A DNA stretch of 64,000 bases from Felis catus (GCF_018350175.1 NC_058373.1:108316001-108380000), one strand, 5' to 3'. Shown: positions 12,611 through 24,820, counted from the first letter of the stretch. Made by a program: numbers and translations. The notes: generated by a model not told the origin, from the letters alone.

Positions 12611-13874
12611 GATTGCACATGTGTTAGCATGAGGCACCTCTCTCAGTGTGGCCTTTCCTTTCTCCAGTCTTGTTACCTCACCGAGCCAGAAACAAAGTCC
12701 CCACGGTTCTATGGTGCAGTTCAAAGGGAAGCCTGCTCATTTCATTAGGTTGAGGGTCCCCCACACTTAAACGTGGATTATTTTTTTGTGTGTTCTAACC
12801 ATACAGACTGTCCTATCTACAGAAACTGTGGTTTAAAACTTGTCAGTTTTACAGAGACGCTGCTGCAGCTCATTGAGGGGTGATAAAGACATAGGTAATT
12901 GCTGTAGAATAATACCGCTGCCAAGAAGATGATTGAACTCCCACACAGAAGGTGAACAGATGGTATATTTATTGAAATTCATAGTCTGTGAGATGGAATA
13001 ATTTAACTGATGGCTGGGCACCCTCATTTCAGACTGAGGGAGGCTCACAGAAGATGGAGTATGCCACTAGGTGGCATGACCAGCCAGGGTCCAGTGTTTG
13101 TCTTTTTTGCGGAAAAGGAGGCCTGGATTCTGTACACACTGAAGAATCACTTCAGTTCATATCCTAATTGGGACTGAAAACCTTCCTTGTGGCTGAGTAG
13201 GAAATTGCCATTAAAAAAAAAAAAAACAAAACAACTTAAAATCCCTTTAATTGCAAAGTAAATATATACCACTAAGGACTTCTGCCTGGGAAAAATTCAA
13301 TCAAATGATGGGGTATTTTATCACTAAAGAGTTGGGGCCATGGCTTGGGGAGTAGGGCAGTATCTGGACCAGGAATAGCTTTGGGCTCCAAAAATGTCAC
13401 AAATCATTGGCCCGTGTGGTCCTAACGGCATTTTTTTCCTGCTGGCTGCCTTCCTCCTCAGCCTTGCCTACTGCTTGCCGTGCAGAAGAGCAGAAAAAAC
13501 ACTGGCTCTAGAAATCTCATTTTGGAAGTTGATATAGGTTATAACATTATGTTAGAGGAAGGGTAAAGGGATCCATTGTAGACTGATGTGAAGGGATGGA
13601 GGAAAGTATAAGATGAAGAGGTAAGTCATAAGTTAGCCAGTGATGGTTCCCTATCCTTATTTCTGTTTTCATCTTATTATTAAAAGTTCTTGCCCTATAT
13701 TTGGTTTCTAAATACAGAGCACTAAAAAGCTCTGTCAGTGACTATGAGATACCCACACCTGATTTTGTGTGGGAATCACTTCCTGTTTATGTATGATTTC
13801 ACGAATGAACCCATTCATTCACTCAGCAAATATTCAATGAGTCTTTCTTTGTTCATACTTTTATCTTTTTCTTA

Positions 13875-13985
13875 TGTCTGTTTTCACATCTGTAAAATGG
13901 GAATAAATACCCATCTCATAGGATTGTTATAAGGATTAATTGAGCACTTTTATGTAAAATACTTAAATAAGGCATGGCAAATAGA
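13875..13985 (+). mobile_element. MIR 3' part
   Basis: catctgtaaaatgggaataaatacccatctcataggattgttataaggattaa. Confidence 0.75.
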
Positions 13986-13987
13986 AA

Positions 13988-14188
13988 ATTCTCATTTTCT
14001 CATTTCTCAATTTCTCAATTTCTCAATTCTCATGTACTAGCCTCTGCTTCCTGCTACTACCAACACCACTACCTATTCCTGTATTATTACTGCTGCTCTA
14101 CTACTGTGTTACTGTTACTATGATGACAACTACTGTGTTCTTACTACTACTGCTACTACTGTATTACTACTATTATTACTACTACTAT
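13988..14188. repeat. (TTTCTCAA)-like repeat followed by a degenerate (TAC)n tract
   Basis: ttctcattttctcatttctcaatttctcaatttctcaattctca, then ctactac/tactac repeats. Confidence 0.8.
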
Positions 14189-14224
14189 GTGACTTTAAAA
14201 AATTTAATTTAATTTTTAAAAAAA

Positions 14225-14437
14225 AATTTTTTTTCAACGTTTATTTATTTTTGGGACAGAGAGAGACAGAGCATGAACGGGGGAGGGGCAGAGAGAGAGG
14301 GAGACACAGAATCAGAAACAGGCTCCAGGCTCTGAGCCATCAGCCCAGAGCCTGACGCGGGGCTTGAACTCACGGACCACGAGATCGTGACCTGGCTGAA
14401 GTCAGACGCTTAACCGACTGCGCCACCCAGGTGCCCC
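14225..14437 (-). mobile_element. Young CAN-SINE in the L1-B tail
   Basis: CpG-retaining body (cacggaccacgagatcgtgacc, gactgcgccacccagg). Confidence 0.96.
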
Positions 14438-16417
14438 AATTTTTTTAATTTACATTCAAGTTAGTTAGCATATAGTGCAACAATGATTTCAGGAGTAGAT
14501 TCCTAATGCCCATTACCCATTTAGCCCATCTCCCCTCCCACAACACCTCTAGCAACCTCTGTTTGTTCTCCATATTTAAGAGTCTCTTATGTTTTGGTCC
14601 CCCTCCCTGTTTTTAGATTATTTTTGCTTCCCTTCCCTTATGCTCATCTGTTTTGTATTTTAAAGTCCTCATATGAGTGAAGTCATATATATTTGTCTTT
14701 CTCTGACTAATTTTGCTTAGCATAATACCCTCTAGTTCCATCCACGTAGTTGCAAATGGCAAGATCTCATTCTTTTTGATTGCTGAGTAGTACTCCATTG
14801 TATGTATATATACCACTTCTTCTTTATCTATTCATCCATCGATGAACATTTGGACTCTTTCCATACTTTGGCTATTGTTGATAGTCCTGATAATAAACAA
14901 TGAGGTGCATGTGCCTCTTTGAAACGGCACACCTGTATCCCTTGGATAAATGCCTAGTAGTGCAATTGCTGGGTCATAGGGTAATTCTATTTTTAATTTT
15001 TTGAGGAACCTCCACACTGTTTTCCAGAGTGGCTTTCCAGAGTGGAATTCAAAAGAATTCCCCTTTCTCCACATCCTCGCCAACATCTGTTGTTGTCTGA
15101 GTTGTTAATGTGAGCCATTCTGACAGGTGTGAGGTGGTATCTCATTGTGGTTTTGATTTGTATTTACCTGATGATGAGTGATGTTGAGCAGTTTTTCATG
15201 TGTCTGTTAACCATCTGGATGTCTTCTTTGGAAAAGTGTCTATTCATGTCTTTTGCCCATTTCTTCACTGGATTTTTTGTTTTTTGGATGTTGAGTTTGA
15301 TAAGTTCTTTATAGATTTTGGATACTAATCCTTTATCTGATATGTCCTTTGCAAATATCATCTCCCATGCCATCGGTTGCCTTTTAGTTTTGCTGATTGT
15401 TTCCTTCAATGTGCAGAAGCTTTTTAACTTGACAAGGTCTCAATAGTTCATTTTTGCCTTTGTTTCCCTTGCCTTTGGAGACGTGTTGAGTAAGAAGTTG
15501 CTGCGGCCTAGATCAAAGAGGTTTTGCTGCTTTCTCCTTGAGGATTTTGATGGCTTCCTGTCTTACTTTTGGGTCTCTCATCCATTTTGAGTTTATTTTT
15601 GTGTATGGTGTAAGAAAGTGGTCCAGGTTCATTCTTCTGCGTGTCGTTGTCCAGTTTTCCCAGTACCATTTGCTGAAGAGACTATCTTTATTCTATTGGA
15701 TAGTCTTTCTTGCTTTGTCAAAGATGAGTTGGCCACACATTTGTGGGTCCATTTCTGGATTCTCTATTCTGTTCCATTGATCTAAGTGTCTGTTTTTGTG
15801 TCGTTTCCACACTGTCTTGATGATTACGGCTTTGTAATACATCTTGAAGTCCGGAATTGTGATGCCTCTAGCTTTGGTTTTCTTTTTTGGGATTGCTTTG
15901 GCTATTTGGGGTCTTTTCTGGTTCTATACAAATTTTAGGATTGTGTGTTCTAGCTCTGTAAAGTATGCTGGTATTCTTTTGGTAGACATTGCATTGAATA
16001 TTTAGATTTCTTTGGGTTATATCGACATTTTAACAATATTTGTTCTTCCAACCCATGAAAATGGAATGTTTTTCCATTTTTTTGGTCTTCTTTGATTTCT
16101 TTCATAAGCTTTCTATAGTTTTCATTGTATAGATGTATAGGTGTCATTTCATTATATAGGTGTCTTTAGGTCTAAAGTGGGTCTCTTAGACCCATATAGA
16201 TGGATATCCATATAGATGGATCTTGTTTTCTTATCTATTCTGTTACCCTGTGTCTTTTGATTGGAGCACTTAGTCCATTGACGTTTAGAGTACTGAAAGA
16301 TATGAATTTGTTGCCATTATATTTCTTGTGGAGTTGGGAGTTTCTGGTGGTGTTCTCTGGTCCTTTCTAGTCTTTGTTGCTTTTGGTCTTTTTTGTTTTG
16401 TTTCATCTTTTCTCCCC

Positions 16418-17294
16418 TCAGGGAGTCCCCATTCCTTAAAATTTCTTGCAGGGCTAGTTTAGTGTTCACAACCTCCTTTAATTTTGTTTGTCTGGGGAAC
16501 ATTAATCTCTCTTTGTATCTTGAATGACAGCCTTGCTGGACAAAGAATTCTTGGCTGCATATTTTTGTGATTCAGCATGTTGAATATATTCTGCCACTCC
16601 TTTCTGGCCTGCCAAGTTTCTGTAGATAGGTCTGCTGCAAACCCGATCTGTCTTCCCTTGTAGGTTAAGGACTTTTTTCCCTTGCTGCTCTCATGATTCT
16701 TTCCTTTCCTGAGTATTTTGTGAATTTGACTATGATATGCCTTCTTGATGGTTGGTTTTTGTTGAATCTAATGGGAGTCCTCTGTGCTTCCTGGATTTTG
16801 ATGTCTGTGTCCAGGTTAGGAAAGTTTTCTGCTATGATTTGCTCACATAACCCTTCTACCCCCTTTTCTCTCTCTTCATCTTCTGGGACCCCTATGATTC
16901 TGATCTTGTTCCTTTTTAATGAGTCACTGATTTCTCTAATTCTTATATCATGCACTTTTCCCTTAGTTTCCCTCTTTTTTTCTGCTTCATTATTCTCCAG
17001 AAGTTTGTCCTTTATATCGCTGATTCACTGTTCTGCCTCATGCATCCTTGACACTATGGCATCCATTCGAGATTGCAGCTCAGTTGTGGCATTTTTTATA
17101 TCATCCTGACTAGTTTTTACTTCTTTGATCTCCATAGAGAGGGATTCTAATCTATTTTAAACCCCAGCTGGTATTCTTATTATGGTGATTCTAAATTCTG
17201 GTTCAGACATCTTGCTTGTATCTGTGTTGTTTAAGTCCCTAGCTGTCGTTTCTTCTTGCTCTTTCTTTTGTGGTGAATTCCTTTGTTTCATCAT
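16418..17294 (-). pseudogene. L1-B ORF1 remnant
   Basis: MMKQRNSPQKKEQEETTARDL (ATG at 17294), ISDSLKRNKIRIIGVPEDEEREKG..PSRRHIIVKF, KLALQEILR; stops and frameshifts. Confidence 0.92.
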
Positions 17295-18984
17295 TTTGAA
17301 GGGAGAAAAGGAATTGAAAAGGTAAAAAAAAATTAAAATTAAAAAATTAAAAACAACATACACACACAAATCAAATAAATTATGCTAGATTCTAGGTGTG
17401 TTTTCTTCTAGTTATTGGAAGGAACTTGATAGAGAAAAAAGGGGGAAAAAGGAAAATGTTTTAAAATTTGAGAAAATGAATACAGTGGTATAGAATAAAA
17501 TGAAATGATGGAAGTAAAATAGCATTTGAAAAATTTCCAAAATTTAAAAATATAGTAGAAAAAATAAAGAAAATATTTTTAATAAAAATTGAAAATAAAA
17601 ATAATTTTTTTCTCTTTCTGTATTCAAGAAAAAGAAAAGAAATGAAAAAGGAAAAGAAAAGAAAATTGAATAGCTGGACCAGCAAACAGACTGAAATACA
17701 ATTGAAGTTACATCAGTTTCCCCTAGAAGTCAAACTATGAAGCATTTTATAGTCTAGAAACTAAGCAGGTGGAGAGATTTGTGGTGTTCCTGAAGAGTGA
17801 GGTTGGCACTGTTGGATGGGGCTTAGTGTAACAGCTCCATTCTCCACTAGATGGCGCTGCTGATCTTACTGGGGTGGATTGTTGTGGCACTTGTAGGTGT
17901 GTGTGGGCATGTGTGGGAGGGGTGAAAATGGTGTCACCCAGTTTCCCAGTCTCTAATATCAAAACTCTGTGCTCTCGCCAACCAGCAATCACGCACCCAC
18001 CCTTTGTCTCTGGCTTCCATGCACTCCCCACTTTTACACTGTCTGTGACCAAGCCGTCAAGTGACAGGTGGCACCTCCCTCCTGAGTTTTATCTCAAATG
18101 TGGCTGTGTTTCCCAACCCCTCACTTCTAAGGGACTGTGGCTTTGGACATTCTGACCCTCTGTGAGAGGATATCACCAAGCAATGGCCAGATGCCGGCCA
18201 CACCCAGGAGTGTTCATGGGACCATGCTGCTTCTGATCCCCAGAGACTGTAGCTGGGTGCCAGTCCGCCCCAGAAAAAGTTCACACAATTGTGTAGCAGC
18301 AGCGTTTCAGGGATTATGGAAAATCAAAACACACATCTGGCACCAGGCTTCAGCCTTAATGTCCTTGTTCCAGCACCAAGAACTGTGGCTGTTCTCTGGG
18401 GTCTGTTGGGACCGGGTGGCCACACAGCCTCTGCCAAATGTCCTTCCAGCAGTGGAACCACTTCTCCCTGTGTGGCCCGAGAACCTCCTGGACCCCACTC
18501 TGCTCCTGGGGATTCGCCCTTCCCACCAGAACTCCACCAGGTATTGAGCTGCAGAGTTTCAGACTCTGCACTCCCCATGTTTATAGAGTCTTAATGGAAT
18601 TTAAATCTTCTACTTTCTCCTTTCTCCCTTTTTAGTTCAGCCCCTCTGGCTGTTTCCACTTTCTCTCCAGCTGCTTTTGGGAAGGGGTGCTTTTCCCAAA
18701 CTATCCCCCCACCCCCTGTCTCCATCCTCTCTCTGAAAGCAAAAACAGCTCCCTGCCATCTGCAGATTCTCTCTCCCCCAGTTCACCTCTCTGTGCCATG
18801 TACCTGCTAAGTTCTGTGGTTCAGGTTGTGCAAATTCTTGTGTTAATCCCCAAATCAGTTTTCTAGGTGGTTTTTAGGTGCAGGATGGTTTAGTGTTGAT
18901 CTGGCTGTATTTCATAGATGCAAGACACCAAAAAAACTCCCATGCTGTTCCGCTATCTTGGCTACTCCTCCCGACTTTAAAAAA

Positions 18985-19424
18985 ATTTTTATTTAAATCT
19001 GAGTTAGTTAACATATAGTGTAAAAACAGTTTCAGGAGTAGAACCCAGTGATTCATAACTTACATATAACACCCAGTGTGCATCCCAACAAGTGCCCTCC
19101 TCAATGCCCATAATCATTCAGCCCATTCCCCAACCCAGTACTCCTCCAGTAACCCTCAGTTTGTTCTTTGAATTTAAGAGTCTTATGGTTTGACTTCCTG
19201 TTTTTATCTTATTTTTTTTAACTTCCCCTATGTTCATCTGTTGTGTTTTCTAAATTCTACATATGAGTGAAATCATATATTTATCTTTTTCTGATTGACT
19301 TATTTTGCTTAGCGTAATACCCTTTAGTTCTATCCATGTTATTGCAAATGGCGATATTTCATTCTTTTTGATTGCTTAGTAATATTCTATTGTATGTATA
19401 TACCACATCTTCTTTATCCATTCT
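18985..19424 (-). mobile_element. 5'-truncated L1 3' end (copy C), host of copy B
   Basis: L1 3'UTR text homologous to A and B, starting immediately after the B TSD. Confidence 0.9.
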
Positions 19425-21761
19425 GTGAGTTCACGTAATACGGATTTTTGATCCTTGATTTCTCTGAATTGCAGAAAATATATGATCTCCTCAATTTAAG
19501 GTAAATTTATTATCTTCTGAATTTTTAGGCAAATAGCTTATTTGGAAAACCCTACTTTCCACCACTTCTCCTCAGAGGAAGAGCTAACCATCTGAGGTTT
19601 ACATTCAACCCTGCAGGGGAGGCAGGGCTGTGTGGCCCATAATTATCCTCCATCTGCACAGGGAGACCTTGTCTTTACAGCAGTTTGTCCTTTGGCCTCT
19701 GTCTGTATACACCTCTGAGGTCTGGGCTGGTCTCCTCTGAGCCATTTTGGGGCCTGGTGGGGGTGGGGGATGGGATGGACAGACACTAATTGGAAGTTTT
19801 CAGATATTCTCAGGCCTCATACCAAGCTGGGTTAGGGGTCTTCTTGCAAGGCCTACAAGCTCTCTGTGCTATACCCCAGGAACTGAGGCACAAACCCCCC
19901 TTGTCCTCAGGTCCCCAACCTTAAGGAATGTTCCATAATTTCCTGCTTAACCTTTGTATTCCTCCCCACCCCTCCCTGCCAACACATGTATAGCACCCTC
20001 TAAATTTTATTATTTTCTAACTTCTCAAATCAAAATTCATCATTAATAGAGGAAATTCAAGTGTGGAGCAGGGAAACTTGCATTGAAAGGAGGCTAAGTC
20101 CTTGCAGCGCCTCTCAAGTCATGGCATGGAGGTGACCAATGAAGGCTCAAGAAGTATATTGTGTTGCACCATGAGCAACATGTGCCTTGACAGTTTTTCT
20201 GGAACAAAATTCCTGGATATGGACAAGTTACCAATTCAAACTGAAAATAGGTGGTGGTAATAAGGCTATAATGAAAAAAGGAAAACTCTGGATTATAGAC
20301 TATACAAGCAAATACAATTTCTGACTAAATACAGGCCCATTCAACATAGGCCGGTGAAATATTACCAAATAAGGACACTGCAACACTTGTAATGAGTAAA
20401 TGAGAGTAAGTTTCCACTTACAGACTTTGTGCTTGAAAATAGTTTATTTTATGCAGTTTATGCTCATCTTATGGCTTTGTGTTATTTATAAATAAATGAA
20501 CTCCAGCACCCCCCCCCCCATCTTTATCATCTACTCAAAAAGCGACGGATGACTAAAGTTTCCTTGCATCCGTTACTTGGGGCCAGAATGAGTTGTTCAT
20601 TAAAATTGAACTTTATCCTATTAGACTGTGATGATCTAGGTCAGAGGTCCACAAACTGCAGCCCCACTGTGGAGGCGTTGCTCTTAAGGAGAGCAGATGG
20701 GAGAAGCTGTGCTTTCCTCAAGCCGCCGAGGTGTTTGAGTCAGTTCCACCCTCCTCCGTGACTCTCAGAGCCTGCTGTGATTTTATGCCACCTGCATAAC
20801 CTGATTTGCATCTTAAATGAATATCCAGCTACCACTTGGACTTTTTTCAGAATAAGGAGAATGGCTTTTATGAAGCCATCTGTAGATGGAGAATAAATAG
20901 CCGCCAACAGTCCTAGAATATGTGATTGAAGGAGCTAGCACACAGTAAGAGTCAAACAGCTGACTTGCTCCCCAAGTCAAGAAGCTTCTAAAGAGATTTC
21001 AGGATTGACAAGATAAGGGAAGCAGACAGCAACCAAATGGAAGATAACGGGAAAATAAAAGCCATTTGAGAGCCATTGGCATCTTTGGATCAGGGACAGG
21101 TCAGAGATTGTCTCCTCATCCTGAATGCCCTGTCCCCTGGAGCTCTCAGATCTTCTTTCCTCCTAGAGCCTAGTGGGCTTTCTTAACAGTCATGGAACTC
21201 CTCCTCTGGTGGGGGAGCACCTGCTGTACAGGGTACTTTCCTGTAGATGCTCAAAGAGTGTTTCTGCATCTGGACCCCACTCCCATTTTTATGGTGCTTT
21301 GGTCTTAAGTAAAGGTCTTATTAACCTTATTCTTCTCTTCTTCCTTTCCCTAATCATCACTAGCCACCATTTACCCCGCAGAAGCACACTGTGGAAAATG
21401 TGGCAATTCCTAGCTTCAAACTACAAAATACAAGAGTGAAACAAGGATTGGGGAAGTAAATGTGATGAGTCGGAACAATTCTCTCTGAGTTTCTTCCTGA
21501 TATTCCTCCTCTCTCATCCCCTACCACTTTTTCTCCTTGAGTAAAGACCTTCTCACCAGGAAAGGAGAGAGGGGAGAAGTAGAGAAGAAGCAAGAGAGAC
21601 CTCTTTTCCTCTCTCCTTTCCTGTCTTTCTTTTCTCTGCTCTCTTCCCTCTTTGGCCTTCCTTTCTCTTTTCCTCCTTTTCTCTTTGTCCTTTCTCCTCT
21701 CCCTCCCCAGTGTTTGTGCCTTTTTCTGTTTTTCTTGCTCCCCACAAGGGAGACACAATTA

Positions 21762-21762
<1 letters not shown>

Positions 21763-21809
<47 letters not shown>
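21763..21809. repeat. (CA)n microsatellite after a CT-rich tract (21600-21740)
   Basis: Directly visible. Confidence 0.97.
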
Positions 21810-21811
<2 letters not shown>

Positions 21812-22479
21812 TGATTAGGGATGTAAGAGCAGAGAGGATCCATGTCTGGCATCCTGAAAGATATTCAGGAAATGACCCATCTTATGGAGGAATTTCTGTT
21901 ACCATCATAGTACTGTTGTGTAGTAGAACCAGCTGTTAGGTATGCCTAGGCTGGAGAAATTTTTGGAGATCTCTGCAGATACTCACTGATACTCCAGGAC
22001 ATCCAAAGTTCCTATGGGTTTCTTCACTGGGGCACAGACAACAAATGAGAGTGTACATTTGATACCTGAAAGAGTCTTTCAGATAGCACAAGGGGATGTG
22101 TGCAGGAAAGATATGATGGACTGTGCCCATAGTGTGCCATGGCGTTTCAGTGGATCACTATCTCCAGGAAGCGATTAAAGAAAACATGGCCCATTGCCTA
22201 TGTCAAAGACTGGGTGAGATGAGTTATATTCTTAGAAGGAGGCCATAATCCCCCATTCCCACCACCACCAAGGTGGCCTCATCTGGAACTTAGGAATAAC
22301 TTCGAGGAGGAGAGGGACAAGAGGCAATTTTTCTGTTTAACTGAGTTCTGTTTTTCATATTGGGTGGAATAAGGGCTGAAAGTCAAAAATTAAGTTGAGT
22401 TATAGGAAATAGTTATGTTTATTGTGCACCAGAATTTGTAATGATAAAATCTGTAATAGATAGTCACATTTGTTAAACA

Positions 22480-22690
22480 TTATGTGCCATGTATGGTACT
22501 AAAATAATTCTTGTGCGTTTTCTCATTTAATTTCTTCAGACTTCATGAGGCAGATATTACCAATCCTATTCTACAGAGAAAACTAAGTCTTTCAAAGGTG
22601 CATTAACTAGACTAGGGTCACATAGTCAGAAGGAGTGGAGCTAGGATTTGGGACCAGGTAGTATGACTCTGGAATTCCATCTGCTCTATA
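22480..22690 (-). mobile_element. MIR
   Basis: ttctcatttaat..atgaggcagatattaccaatcctattctacagag..agggtcacatag..ggagctaggatttg. Confidence 0.75.
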
Positions 22691-23120
22691 TGCCCTACTA
22701 TTTGAGGGTCAGCTAGGACCCTATGATAGGCCATTGAAATCTGCTTTACACATAGCTGTTAGTAAAGCAAACTTTCCTTTGACAAGGAAATCTTTCTGGG
22801 CCTCTTTTCATGTGCCAGATGCACTGGTGGACATGGGATACAAAATGAATAGCATTCCCTCCCTCCAGGTATGTAACAACCAGCCTACATTTGTCTCTAA
22901 CACGTGGAAAGAACTCGGTATGGATTGGTTGAGTGAATATATTTGAAAAATATAGAACATCAGGAAAAGAATGCCTCATTTCAAATGAAGCATCAAGAAT
23001 ATTTGCTCAAAGAAAGAGAACATGAAAGAATCAGAACACTGATTCAGGTAGAAATACAGATTTGACTTTAGCATGGTCTTTGCCTTAGGCAATGCTAGAG
23101 GCCCATTGGTTAAAAACCTA

Positions 23121-23355
23121 GGGGCGCCTGGGTGGCGTAGTCGGTTAAGCGTCCGACTTCAGCCAGGTCACGATCTCGCGGTCCGTGAGTTCGAGCCCCG
23201 CGTCGGGCTCTGGGCTGATGGCTCAGAGCCTGGAGCCTGTTTCCGATTCTGTGTATCCCTCTCTCTCTGCCCCTCCCCTGTTCATGCTCTGTCTCTCTGT
23301 GTCCCAAAAATAAATAAACGTTGAAAAAAAAAATTTAAAAAGAAAAAAAAAAAAA
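23121..23355 (+). mobile_element. Very young felid-type CAN-SINE
   Basis: Near-consensus, CpG-rich; intact A box (tggcgtagtcgg) and B box (gttcgagcc); TSD aaaaaccta. Confidence 0.97.
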
Positions 23356-24614
23356 CCTAATCCTAGCTGAACAAAGCCCTAGGGAACAATTGGGCTAAGA
23401 GCTGAGAGAGGCTGATCTGATCTGTGAAGATTCCTTAACTCTCAACATCAATGAGATACTGATGAGGGAATTCAAGAGTCAGTGGATCTCCCAGGGTAGA
23501 AGGGACAACTCATTTCTGGAAAGAACTCATTTGTGGACACCCCTTTCTTGGTGTCCACAAAAACTAAAGCAATTAATACAATGATTGATGTAGGTAGGAA
23601 ATCTAGGTCATATTATAACTTCTACCACAATCTGTACAATGTGGAAGACAGGAAATATAACTAGGCTTCAGCTTTCTCTAAGGGAAAGAGGAGAGAACTA
23701 GTTCTAGTATCATGCCTCTGGCAGACCATGGGTAGTGATTTTGGTTGCCAGGCAGTGAGCATAGTCTTCCATCTTTCTGCTGTTTTCTTATTGGTACATC
23801 TATTCTGAAAGCAAATGGCCAGGAAGGCCAATTTGTTGAAGCTATATTAGGGTGTTAGGGGTCTCTGGTGGTTATCAACAGACATTGACTCTGGTTAATT
23901 AAAATCAAAAGGGAGTTTCCTGAAGTAATATAGAGGATCCCACAGGATAGAAGCAGCGGCCCAGAAAGGGTAGAACTGGGTAGCCCTGAAGGTCTTAAGG
24001 CAGGAAGTGCTCCACATTTTGATCTTGGCACTGGGAGTGGTGTCAGTTAATTCCACTATTTCCCTCACATTTCTCTCAATTCCATTCCAGTAAGGGGAGT
24101 TCTCTTTGGCTTGGCTTGGACTGAGTACCCACCTCCTGGCCAAGGGAAGGCAAAACCTCTTGATTTAGGTTCCAGAGACTAATCCAATGAAGAAGAGGTA
24201 ATTCCTCCAGGAAACAGGTGGAGGGTTACCAAAAAAAGGTCAAATGGATGCCAGGTAGCCACATGAGCACCTTTGTTGGACGGGCTTAGTTTCCTGAAGC
24301 TTTGTTCACTGCAGTGTAGGTTTCTTGGGGGTGGTCTTGACAGGCTTGTGTGACCTTGCTCTACCTTCTCTCTGGACATGCCTGTGATAGCTCCCCTTTG
24401 TGACCCTACTGCCTTCACACACCTTCAGTTTTCCCCAGTCTGACTTTCCCTTTCTGACTGTGTGTCTTTGCTCCATCAGCTGTTCACCAGGTGCTAATCT
24501 CTTCCTCTTGTGTACTCTCATCAAATTTTTTGATTTTGTAAATGTTCTTATAATCCTCATTTTTCCCAACCCAAGAATTTCCTCCATACATATTGCTGCT
24601 GCCATAGCAAATGA

Positions 24615-24820
24615 GGACAAAGCACTTAATATGACCCAGGCCTTTCCAAAGCACCATCTGTGTATTAACTCATTTAATCCTCCTTAACTACCCTGTGCTG
24701 CTAGTATCTCTGTTTCACAGCTGAGGACACTGGCAAGGGAAGTTGAATAATTTGTCCAAGGTCAAACCGCTGTAAATGGCTGGAACTGAATTTGAACTTT
24801 GCATTCTGGCAGCAGTGCCC
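24615..24820 (-). mobile_element. MIR
   Basis: tgtattaactcatttaatcctc..cagctgaggacactg..tgtccaaggtca. Confidence 0.75.

Larger units (their letters stand above)
14206..18972 (-). mobile_element. LINE-1 copy B with complete ~1.7-kb 5'UTR and large internal ORF2 deletion, inactive
   Basis: 3'UTR, ORF2 C-terminus ([48 protein letters not shown]), ORF1, 5'UTR; TSD gactttaaaaaa at 14191-14202 and 18973-18984. Confidence 0.95.

Noticed and set aside
1700..16130. Segmental duplication explaining the A/B identity
   Set aside because: Identity is confined to L1-internal sequence. The flanks and TSDs differ, so these are independent insertions.
16121..16165. L1-B ORF2 deletion as a second splicing event
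   Set aside because: The deleted segment, read from copy A, is not bounded by GT/AG on the sense strand, and the junction has filler sequence.
17750..18972. GC-richer region as a host gene promoter or CpG island
   Set aside because: It is the CpG-decayed 5'UTR of L1-B.
21360..21939. Overlapping K/R/E-rich and CVCV/HTHT ORFs
   Set aside because: Artefacts of CT-rich and (CA)n sequence that lacks stop codons; the same applies at 63467-63759.
23073..23324. Recurrent ORF families (MAQ..TSAQVMIS..LEPASDSVSPSLS) and tRNA-like heads as genes or tRNAs
   Set aside because: They are translations and heads of tRNA-derived CAN-SINEs, not protein or tRNA genes.
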